Assembly (NCBI GenBank): GCA_964016885.1
Contig: OZ024757.1
Coordinates: forward strand, 9,362,001 to 9,426,000
Direction of reading: 5' to 3'
DNA from: Eledone cirrhosa
Lineage: Eukaryota
Length of the DNA stretch: 64,000 nucleotides
In this document: positions 54,701 through 64,000 of the stretch, piece after piece
Layout of the letters: each line of letters begins with the position of its first letter
Position numbering within the stretch: position 1 is the stretch's first letter
Position numbers and translations under genes: made by a program
Notes under the pieces: generated by a model
Seen by the model: the letters and a program-made list of their open reading frames with translations, nothing else
Told to the model about the DNA's origin: nothing
Database searches by the model: none

Positions 54701-54724
54701 GAGCCTCCGTCAACTATAGCATTC
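51716..54724 (-). mobile_element. Tx1/L1-clade LINE, copy 3, 5' type A, two large internal deletions
   Basis: Both ends match copy 1. ORF2 jumps from NIDVV to AREPGT near 53667, and ORF1 jumps from NSSS to KTPTNIRLL near 54055. Confidence 0.92.
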
Positions 54725-54746
54725 AATAATAATAATAATAATAATG

Positions 54747-54786
<40 letters not shown>

Positions 54787-54787
<1 letters not shown>

Positions 54788-55027
54788 TACTTATCGCAAA
54801 TCCCAGGAAACCCGCGTATAGGAGAAATACAAAAGATAGTACTAATGGGAACTGCCCATATATTAAGGAAGATCCTGTCAATATAAGTACATCACAAGTC
54901 TAAACACTAAGGATGCATGTGTGAATATGTATGTTCTTTCTTGAACACGGCGGACCTTGTTGTCTCTTGAGGTCACTGGTTGTGACTTGGTGATAACTCG
55001 TATAAACATAAAGCAAGATAAATGCAA
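54787..55027 (+). mobile_element. R4/Dong family B, ~240 bp 5'-truncated copy inside (AAT)n
   Basis: Matches 46531-46770 and has (AAT)n on both sides. Confidence 0.88.
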
Positions 55028-55044
55028 ATAATAATAATAATAAT

Positions 55045-56040
55045 AAGGGAATCACATGATTGGATGATCAAACTCGTTTTGAAACACGAAAGCATCAAAA
55101 GATCATATTCCATTACAAAAGATGCACAAAGATACAGTAATGGACTACAAATTTCAGAAGTCCCATTTACTGCTGAAATGGAAAACACAGAAAAAGCAAA
55201 GCAGGTAAAAGTAACTGCAAAGAAAGAACTGCTACAGAAACTGGCTAAGAAATGGCAAGAAAAGCCTCTGTATGGAAAATACGCAGAGCGAGCTAACAAT
55301 CCTGATGTTGACAAAACTTTAACCCATCAGTGGTTGGCATCCTCTGGACTGAAATCGGAGACTGAAGGACTGATTATATCAGCACAAGATCAGTGTCTGA
55401 CAACAAAAAATTACCAAGCCAACATAATAAAAAATGGGTGCAGCCTATTATGCCGTGTATGCAAAAAACAATCAGAGACCATTGACCATATAATTTCAAT
55501 GTGCAGTCCTATAGCTCCAACCGAATATCTAAACAGGCATGACAGAGCTGCACAATACATACATTGTATAATGTGTAAGCATTTTGACCTGCCCCATCAA
55601 AAGAATTGGTGGGAGCATCAACCACCTCCCATACTTGAAAAAGATCACATCTCAATCTTGTGGAACTTTAGCATCCAAACAGACTGAAAAATAGATGCAA
55701 ATAGACCTGATATAATATTGAAGGACTTCCAAAAGAGGGTATGCCTGTTAATTGATATGTCTGTTCCAATAGACAAGAATGTATCTATAAAAACATTTGA
55801 AAAATTGAGCAAGTATAAGGACATGGAGCTAGAAATTGGAAAAATGTGGAAATTGAGAACTAAAACAATACCAGTGGTTGTAGGCGCTCTGGGAATGATA
55901 CCAAAGGGGACTAATGATTAATTATCGCAAATCCCAAGAAACCCGCGTATAGGAGAAATACAAAAGATAGTACTAATGGGAACTGCCCATATACTAAGGA
56001 AGATTCTGTCAATATAAGTACATCACAAGTCTAAACACTA
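55045..56040 (+). mobile_element. R4/Dong family B, ~1 kb 5'-truncated copy lacking most of its 3'UTR
   Basis: Matches 45656-46652, starts in (AAT)n and ends abruptly at aaacacta. Confidence 0.88.
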
Positions 56041-59000
56041 GTAGGTGGTAGTAGATGACGGACGCGATGTACGCGTTAGCCACCACCGCTCGACCTTTCA
56101 GGCATAGCTTCCTCTCGGCCCATTTCTGGGTGAGAGAAGCCACCCTGCTCGTCACCTCGTCCCAGTTTTTGTCCGTCTGGAGGTCTGGACCGAACCAGAC
56201 CCCTAGCAATTTAACCGGTCCGTCTGTCCAGCGCCCGACGACGCTGTTGGACGGCATGGACCTGCCTCTCCAGGTGCCGAGCTGCAGGCCCACTGACTTT
56301 TCCTGGTTGATCATTGCTCCTGTCACCGCTTCGTATTCTCTTAGTGTAGTGCCGATCGCCTCGATGTGTTTGGCGTTCGACACCCCTACGGTGACATCGT
56401 CGGCATATGCTGACACGGATCTTCCGCATCCTAGTTCGCGCGGGATCCCCCTCAACGTCTCCAGTTTGTGCAGTAATGGCTCGAGAGTCAATACGTACAA
56501 GAGGGACGAGAGGGGACATCCTTGGCGGACCGAGCGCATGATGTTGAACGGTTCCGAAAGGTGACCGTTCACTCTCACTACAAAGCAGATGTTGTTGTGC
56601 ATGGCAGCGATCCAGCCTCTGAAACGGGCCCAAAACCAGCCGCCCTCAAGACTGCCTCTAGGTAACGATGGTCGACCCTATCGAAGGCTTTCGACTGATC
56701 TAAATTGATCAAAGACCCACCCGTGCCAGGTTCCCTAGCTACCCTCTCTACGATGTATCGCATGAGGTGGAGGTTGTCGTGGATGGATCTGTCGGGAATG
56801 ACGCATGTCTGTGCCTCTCCCACCAGACCACCAACGACAAGCGCCAACCTCTTTGCTAGCACCTTGGCCAAAATCTTGAACTCTGTGTTTAGCAGAGTTA
56901 TGGGCCTAAAATTATCTATGTTATCCCCCTTGTTCGGATCCTTTCTCAGCAGCGCCACCGCTCCTCAGCTCACAGAGCTGGGAATTCTCCCGTTCTGTTG
57001 CCAGTTGCAGTAGACGTCTGCCAAGAGGCCTCCGAACAAGTTTGGCATTTGTACGTAAAGTTCATAGGGCAGACCATCCAAACCAGGCGATTTACCCCTT
57101 GTGCAACTAGTCATTGCATCCCGTACTTCAGTGGTTGTTATCGCCTCAGTGGACGAAAGCCGCGGCAGTCCGTCGAGGTAGACACTAAAGTCCATCCCTC
57201 GATCCGGCCCGCCACTGCCCCCGAACAGCTGAGCGAAGTGTCGCTGAAAAGCTTCACACATATTCCCGGGATCGAGTAGCATGCGCCCGTCGTGGTCCAC
57301 CAAAGACCGGATCGTGGCTTTGTTGCCACGACGTGCCTCCGCCACTCAGTCCCATTGAACGGCTTTCGTCCCCTCGTGTCTGAGAGCACGCACCCTAGCT
57401 CTGACAACGCAGCCTTCGTGCTTTGCATTGAAGAATTGGTCAAGGGCCAATTTCGCCGCAAGTACGTCGGTCGCGATGCCTTTGCTAAGCGCCTCATCTA
57501 ATTTTCTAACTAATTCTCCCTCTGCTCTATTTTTCTCTATTGCTAAAGTCTTACTAAACCTAATGGACTCTATTCTAATTGCTCTTTTCAGAGCAAACCA
57601 CCACTTGATGTTGACGATGGCCCCCGTCAACGCCCGCTTAACTAGTTCGCTAATCCGGTCTCTGTAGGCCTTGCGCGATGGTAAGGACGCGTTTAGCTTC
57701 CAGTAGCCGGGTCCTCGCCTATGAAGCCTATCTAAGTCAAGCACACAGATCACGAATTCGTGGTTGTGTAGCTGACTATTTTGAATTGTGGACAGCCTAT
57801 GCTAGACCTATCTATTTCCCTACAAAATACTCTATCTAGATATGATCTGGATGATCCTATGCGATTTGTGCAAGTCCACATTGGTACATTCGGGAAATCC
57901 ATTCGGTACCTGTCAGACAGTTCAAAACGTCTGAGCAGGTTGGTGAGACACTTGCACCCTCCTTCCCTATCCACTAATCCCACACAATCCCAGCGTGCAT
58001 CTAAGATCCCGTTCCAGTCGCCCACTAACACTAAAGAGCGGGACGTTCCAAGAAAGGTCTCCAGACGCCGGAAGAAATCACGCCGCCCTGCTCCTGTCGG
58101 GGCATAGACGGCCACTAACCTGAAAGCTTGGCCGTCTCCGCTGGTCACGTCCAGCACCACCAACTTACCTTCTGTGTCCAGGAAGATGGCCCGTATGGCA
58201 AGATCCAAACATCTCCGAAAAAGCACAGCAACTCCTCCCCCCGATCCCGGACGGCTGGAGATGCGTACACATCGTAGCCGCCGAAGATCGGTGCGAAAGC
58301 CTGTGCTTCGGAGATTCTGGTCTCGCTGATGGCCACTACATCTATGTTTAGTGACCAGAGGTCGTTGAGCAGGTGGCCCTGCTTCCATGACGACCCCAAG
58401 CCACGCGCATTTATGCTGCCTATTCTGAGTGAGGTCATGTTGAAAAGGAGTGGAAAAGATGGGAAAGACCACTTACCTTACTTCTCGTAGGGGAAGGACG
58501 GTTTTTCCACCCTTTTCACTGCTTGTGGCCTCCTCAGGAAGGATGTCCTTATAAATCCTCCTGGCGAGTGCTTGTCGGAAGTCTCCGATGTCTTTGGGGA
58601 ATTTTTGTTTTAGTGTCATGTACGTTTTCTGTGTGATGCGAGTGATTTGTATGTGTGGAGGTGGTGTGAATTTTGGGGTTGTTGTGTAGTCTTTTTCTGT
58701 GATGCTGGTGTTGTTTTAGATGTAGTGTAATAATTGCTTGTTGTTCAAATTTAATGCTGTGTAGTGTGTATCGTTTTGGTTGTTCTGTTTTGTTTGCGTT
58801 TGTTGTGCGTTTGTTTCTGTTTCGCATTTTGATGACTTTTGTGGTGTAGGTGATGGTGGTGTTGGGGTTAATGATGGTGATGGTGTTGGTGTTTGGGTTG
58901 ATGGGGTTGGTGATGCTGGTGTGGATGGTGGCATATCTGTCCTAACTTTTTTGTTTCTTAATTTATTTGTTTCCCTCTGTATTTTGTTTTTGGAGGGGGA

Positions 59001-60659
59001 AGGAAGAGAATTTTTTCTTTTTTGGTTTCTTTTTTTTTTCCGGATACGTTTCCCACTCCTCGTCGTCACAATCTGTCTCCAGTTGTGATAGGCCGGGGAG
59101 TGGAAAATCCTCCACAGCCGTTAGTTTTGGTTGTGGCGTGGTGGATGGTGTAGGCGCTGGTGCTAGTTCTGAAGCGTTGGGTGGTGGTGGTGTTGGTTTT
59201 GCTGGTGGTGGTGGTGGTGTTGGTTTTGCTACTGTTGCTGGGGTTGTTGCTGTTATAGTTGCTTCTGTTGTTGCTGCTACAGTTGTTGCTGCCATCTCTG
59301 CTACTGGTGGTGTTGATGGTTGTGTCACGGGGGTGGGTAGGAGAGGTGGCCTCAACCTTTTAGCCTGAGGGCAGAAAGCCCTTAGGTGGGTTCCTTCACC
59401 ACAAACGACACACCTAGGTCTTCTGCCCTCGCCAATTACCGTGAGGTGGCTGCCGTCAGTGAGGTCTGTTACCTCTGGGATCTCCTCAATGCTTTTTTGG
59501 TCCGCTTGGATCAGGAGCTCCATCCCAGATCCGCACCAGTTCTCCTGCTTTTCTTTTGCTATTGCTATTATCTTTGTGTTGGCTTCTATTAGCCAGGGAA
59601 TTTCGATGGCCGGTGGAACGTGGGTCACCCTGATCTTTACGAGTCTCTGGCCACAATAGCTTGGGACGAGTGTGAAGTCGTCACTTCTTAATGGGGCCAT
59701 GGAGTGTTCTCTAGCCTCCTCTGGTGTTTCAAAGAACACGTCCACTGTTCCATACTTTTGCCCACGTCTGATGTGGGTTTTTCTTGCCCACACATGTCCC
59801 AAAGCTTTTTGGATTTGGGACTCGGATGCCCGTTCAACTCGGCGCGAATTTACATTTATTGTTCTATACGACACGGTGCATAGGCGCCGATGCTCCATTT
59901 TATTAGGTGGGGGGTGAGGTTGACCCTGTACCCATCTTTCTTTACCATTTGTTAGGCATTTTCTAAATCCTCCTGAGTTACCGTAAATGCTTCGAATTGT
60001 TTTGCTACTCTGGCGAAACTGAGGGGGGGGGGTTATAATGTCATTGTTGTTGGTGTTGCTATCGTTAATATTAATTTTAGTTTCAGTTGTGGTGGTGGTA
60101 ACGTCAGTCGTCTTTGGTGGGGAAGAGTCCATTTTGCTTGATTTCATTTCGACATCACGAGTTAATTTATTTTTTTCTTCTTTTGTTTCTGTTGTCGCGG
60201 TGGTGGTGGTAGTGGTGGTTGTCGCGGTGGTGGTGGTGGTGGTGGTGGTGATGGTGGAGGCTTTAACACCTGCAGTCATTGGTAATGGCGGGAAATGTAT
60301 GTCTGCCTGAGACAAATTTAAAATATTGCTAGTGCTTATATTTTTTTTTTGTGTTGGCAAACGTAGTAACATTTACAATGGTGGTGTCGGTGTGAGGTGT
60401 TAATTTGTGAGGAAGGCTTTCAGCTGCTTCGTGCAGAGGTGAATTAGCCATTTTTTTCAAAGAAATTTTTTGATAATAATAAAAGTTTAAATTTTGGGCA
60501 CAAGGCCCCAATCTTTTTGGGTGTCCTTTTCGGAAAACAATGTATGTGCGCTTATAAACAGTTAACAATAAAAAATTTCCATAAATGACAATTTTTAACA
60601 AACGGAAATAACAAACCTTTGCGGAGCTCACGATGATACGATTTACAACGTAGGTCGCC

Positions 60660-60660
<1 letters not shown>
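56041..60660 (-). mobile_element. Tx1/L1-clade LINE, copy 4, 5' type B, 3' end missing
   Basis: 469-aa ORF1 segment with a CCHC knuckle; ORF2 fragments run through YADD and break at YIASVIYY; the 5' end abuts (AAT)n. Confidence 0.92.
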
Positions 60661-60692
<32 letters not shown>

Positions 60693-60694
<2 letters not shown>

Positions 60695-63600
60695 TTTCTT
60701 TATTAACCACAAGGGTTTACATAAAGTAGACATTAAGGACAGTGCAGGACAATGCAGGACGGTACAAATGGGCATTTCTGCGTGTAAAAAAACAAAAACA
60801 GAGGATGTAACAAAAATAACAATGAAAATAACAATGAAAAATTCCCCAATAGGGGGGAGACTTCGGAGGGACATTTGTGGAGAAAGCCCAGTAAAAAGCC
60901 ACAATGACCCTGACCACCAAGGCAAGTGCCCTCTCCCAGTTTTCCACCTTTAGTTTACAGATATATACTCAGAGTCGGCCCATTCACTCGGGCCATTCTT
61001 GCTTCTCTCACCCATCTTTCAACAAAATGCTGGGAAGAGAGCACTTCCCTCTCTACTCTGATTTTCCTTTTCAAATGAAATTTGAAAAAGTCAATCAGAG
61101 CATCACCGAAGAGGTAAGTGCTCGTCTTCAGCCCTTTCAAACGTGTCCACCATACTATCTCTTTCGCCATGGCCACCAGACAGATAAAAACTGCCTGCCC
61201 TTCCCGGCTAAAGGAGGAGGGCGGGGCAATCCTCACGATGGACTCAGATGATAGCTGGATCCGTCCTAAACGCGACAGCAGGTGTTCGACATAAACCCAC
61301 AAGTCAGCAATTTTCGGACACTGGACGAGTGCGTGCAGGACGGTTTCGTCGCCCTGCGCGCATCTCGGACATGCCCGGCTGACGGCACCTCCATGCCTGT
61401 AGAGTTTATCCCGAACTGGCAAGGCTCCTCGGTAGCACTGCCAGGCCAGAGATTTCTGGAAGTTGTCCATAGGCCCTGGCCCGAAAGTTCTTCCGAAGAG
61501 ATTGGCTAGTTGATTTTCGTCGACGCCTAGAGTTTCCCCAAGTACGTCGTCGCTCTTCCCCTCCACTAATCCTCTATAGAACGCCGAGGTGGAGTTTCCA
61601 CCGATCACATTGCCCGATTGGTCGAGGGCTGTGAGCGCCTGAAGACATTCCAGTCTCCAGGCGCTCCCTCTCGGTCTTCGCTTGACCCAGGACTGCAGCT
61701 CCGTCAAGGAAACGAGCTGGGGAAAAACGCGTCTAGCAAACGGCGACCACACCTGATCACCGTCGAGGAAGAGGTGGAGATGTCGTAGCCTGAGCGCGTG
61801 CCTGCGCATCATCAGCCACGGCATGCCCAGCCCTCCACGTAGCGGGTGTTGACAACAGATGGACCGCCTGACCATCGGAGCACGTCCCTTCCACAAAAAG
61901 CGAAAGAGCAAACGCTCCAGCGCAGTCAGGCGAGGCTTAGGACAAGGTACGACGGTTAGGCGGTAGCAGATGACAGACGCGATGTACGCGTTAGCCACCT
62001 CCGCTCGACCTTTCAGGGATAGCTTCCTCTCCGCCCATTTCTGGGTGAGAGAAGCCACCCTGCTCGTCACCTCGTCCCAGTTTTTGTCCGTCTGGAGGTC
62101 CGGACCGAACCAGACCCCTAGCAATTTAACCGGTCCGTCCGTCCAGCGCCCGACGACGCTGTTGGACGGCATGGACCTGCCTCTCCAGGTGCCGAGCTGC
62201 AGGCCCACTGACTTTTCCTGGTTGATCATTGCTCCTGTCACCGCTTCGTATTCTCTTAGTGTAGTGCCGATCGCCTCGATGTGTTTGGCGTTCGACACCA
62301 CTACGGTGACATCGTCCGCATATGCTGACACGGATCTTCCGCATCCTAGTTCGCGCGGGACTCCCCTCAACGTCTCCAGTTTGTGCAGTAATGGCTCGAG
62401 AGTCAATACGTACAAGAGGGACGAGAGGGGACATCCTTGGCGGACCGAGCGCATGATGTTGAACGGTTCCGACAGGTGACCGTTCACTCTCACCACAGAG
62501 CAGATGTCGCTGTGCATGGCAGCGATCCAGCCTCTGAAGACGGGCCCAAAGCCAGCCGCCCTCAGGACTGCCGCTAGGTAACGATGGTCGACCCTATCGA
62601 AAGCTTTCGACTGATCTAAATTGATCAAGGACCCACCCGTGCCAGGTTCCCTAGCTACCCTCTCTACGATGTATCGCATGAGGTGGAGGTTGTCGTGGAT
62701 GGATCTGTCGGGAATGGCGCATGTCTGCGCCTCTCCCACCAGACCACCAACGACAAGCGCCAACCTCTTTGCTAGCACCTTGGCCAAAATCTTAAACTCT
62801 GTGTTTAGCAGAGTTATGGGCCGGAAATTGTCTATGTTATCCCCCTTGTTCGGATCCTTTCTCAGCAGTGCCACCGCTCCTCGGCTCACAGAACTGGGAA
62901 TTCTCCCGTTCTGTTGCCAGTTGCAGTAGACGTCCGCCAAGAGGCCTCCGAACAAGTCTGGCATCTGTACGTAAAGTTCATAGGGCAGACCATCCAAACC
63001 AGGCGATTTACCCCTTGTGCAGCCAGTCATTGCCTCCCGTACTTCAGCGGCTGTTATCGGCTTTTCGCAACACCTCGCCTCAGTGGCCGAGAGCCGCGGC
63101 AGCCCGTCGAGGTAGACACTAAAGTCCATCCCTCTACCCGGCCCCCCGCTGCCCCCGAACAGCTGAGCGAAGTGTCGCTGAAAAGTTTCACACATTTGCC
63201 CGGGATCGAGTAGCATGCGCCCGTCGTGGTCCACCAAAGACCGGATCGTGGCTTTGTTGCCACGACGCGCCTCCGCCACTCGGGCCCATTGAACGGCTTT
63301 CGTCCCCTCGTGTCTGAGAGCACGCACCCTAGCTCTGACAACGCAGCCTTCGTGCTTTGCATTGAAGAATTGGTCAAGGGCCAATTTCGCCGCAAGCACG
63401 TCGGTCGCAATGCCTTTGCTAAGCGCCTCGTCTAATTTTCTAACTAGTTCTCCCTCTGCTCTATTTTTCTCTATTGCTAAAGCCTTACTAAACCTAATCG
63501 ATTCTATTCTAATCGCTCTTTTCAGAGCAAACCACCACTTGTTGTTGACGATGGCCCCCGTCAACGCCCGCTTAACTAGTTCGCTAATCCGGTCTCTGTA

Positions 63601-64000
63601 GGCCTTGCGCGCTGGTAAGGACGCGTTTAGCTTCCAGTAGCCGGGTCCTCGTCTATGAAGCCTATCTAAGTCAAGCACACAGATCACGAATTTGTGGTCC
63701 GTGTAGCTGACTATCTTGAATTGTGGACAGCCTATGCTAGACCTATCTATTTCCCTACAAAATACTCTATCTAGATATGATCTGGATGACCCTATGCGGT
63801 TTGTCCAAGTCCACATTGGCACATTCGGGAAATCCAATCGGTACCTGTCAGACAGTTCAAAACGCCTGAGCAGGTTGGTGAGGCTCTTGCACCCTCCACC
63901 CCTATCCGCTAATCCCACACAGTCCCAGCGTGCATCTAAGATCCCGTTCCAGTCGCCCACTAACACTAAAGAGCGGGACGTTCCAAGAAAGGTCTCCAGA
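60693..64000 (-). mobile_element. Tx1/L1-clade LINE, copy 5, continues beyond the window
   Basis: Same 3'UTR and (ATT)n tail as the other copies; uninterrupted ORF2. Confidence 0.95.
60955..63966 (-). CDS. ORF2 polyprotein (APE endonuclease C-terminal half, reverse transcriptase, CCHC zinc finger); N-terminus outside the window
   Basis: 1003-aa open frame containing GDWN, SYLDR, YTDH, GYWKLN, QSKAFDRV, RQGCPLS, YADD and CPRC...HALVQC. Confidence 0.95.
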   Translation of the reverse strand: MLVGDWNGILDARWDCVGLADRGGGCKSLTNLLRRFELSDRYRLDFPNVPMWTWTNRIGSSRSYLDRVFCREIDRSSIGCPQFKIVSYTDHKFVICVLDLDRLHRRGPGYWKLNASLPARKAYRDRISELVKRALTGAIVNNKWWFALKRAIRIESIRFSKALAIEKNRAEGELVRKLDEALSKGIATDVLAAKLALDQFFNAKHEGCVVRARVRALRHEGTKAVQWARVAEARRGNKATIRSLVDHDGRMLLDPGQMCETFQRHFAQLFGGSGGPGRGMDFSVYLDGLPRLSATEARCCEKPITAAEVREAMTGCTRGKSPGLDGLPYELYVQMPDLFGGLLADVYCNWQQNGRIPSSVSRGAVALLRKDPNKGDNIDNFRPITLLNTEFKILAKVLAKRLALVVGGLVGEAQTCAIPDRSIHDNLHLMRYIVERVAREPGTGGSLINLDQSKAFDRVDHRYLAAVLRAAGFGPVFRGWIAAMHSDICSVVRVNGHLSEPFNIMRSVRQGCPLSSLLYVLTLEPLLHKLETLRGVPRELGCGRSVSAYADDVTVVVSNAKHIEAIGTTLREYEAVTGAMINQEKSVGLQLGTWRGRSMPSNSVVGRWTDGPVKLLGVWFGPDLQTDKNWDEVTSRVASLTQKWAERKLSLKGRAEVANAYIASVICYRLTVVPCPKPRLTALERLLFRFLWKGRAPMVRRSICCQHPLRGGLGMPWLMMRRHALRLRHLHLFLDGDQVWSPFARRVFPQLVSLTELQSWVKRRPRGSAWRLECLQALTALDQSGNVIGGNSTSAFYRGLVEGKSDDVLGETLGVDENQLANLFGRTFGPGPMDNFQKSLAWQCYRGALPVRDKLYRHGGAVSRACPRCAQGDETVLHALVQCPKIADLWVYVEHLLSRLGRIQLSSESIVRIAPPSSFSREGQAVFICLVAMAKEIVWWTRLKGLKTSTYLFGDALIDFFKFHLKRKIRVEREVLSSQHFVERWVREARMARVNGPTLSIYL

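Noticed and set aside
31500-63600. Many antisense and alternate-frame ORFs over the LINEs
   Set aside because: They are shadows of GC-rich retrotransposon coding sequence with no independent motifs.

Overview
Eukaryotic, AT-rich, microsatellite-rich DNA. The SINE type and repeat landscape resemble an octopus or other cephalopod genome, which is an inference. There are three zones. (1) 1-17.5 kb is a tandem array of a ~1.43-1.51 kb unit: nine near-identical copies plus older diverged copies. Read on the minus strand, each unit carries two short symmetric phase-1 exons (60 nt and 66 nt) with canonical splice sites, and a phase-compatible first coding exon lies at 21071-21296. This points to an unrecognised gene whose ~42-aa Ser/Thr/Pro-rich repeat is expanded by duplication of an intron-exon cassette. 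One upstream exon copy carries a TGA. (2) 17.5-29.3 kb holds decayed Penelope-like elements with hammerhead-ribozyme-like motifs, tRNA-derived SINEs, a PHD-finger fragment, a (GGT)n tract and a decayed RTE LINE. (3) 29.3-64 kb is a dense nest of non-LTR retrotransposons built on (AAT)n microsatellites. Five Tx1/L1-clade elements are all on the minus strand, with two different 5'UTR/ORF1 modules on one ORF2, and the last copy has an intact ORF2. Six R4/Dong-clade copies from two families are all on the plus strand. The Tx1 ORF1-ORF2 spacer looks like a 52-53 nt GT-AG intron that would fuse the two ORFs in frame. Everything was read by eye; no database search was run, and element boundaries are approximate.
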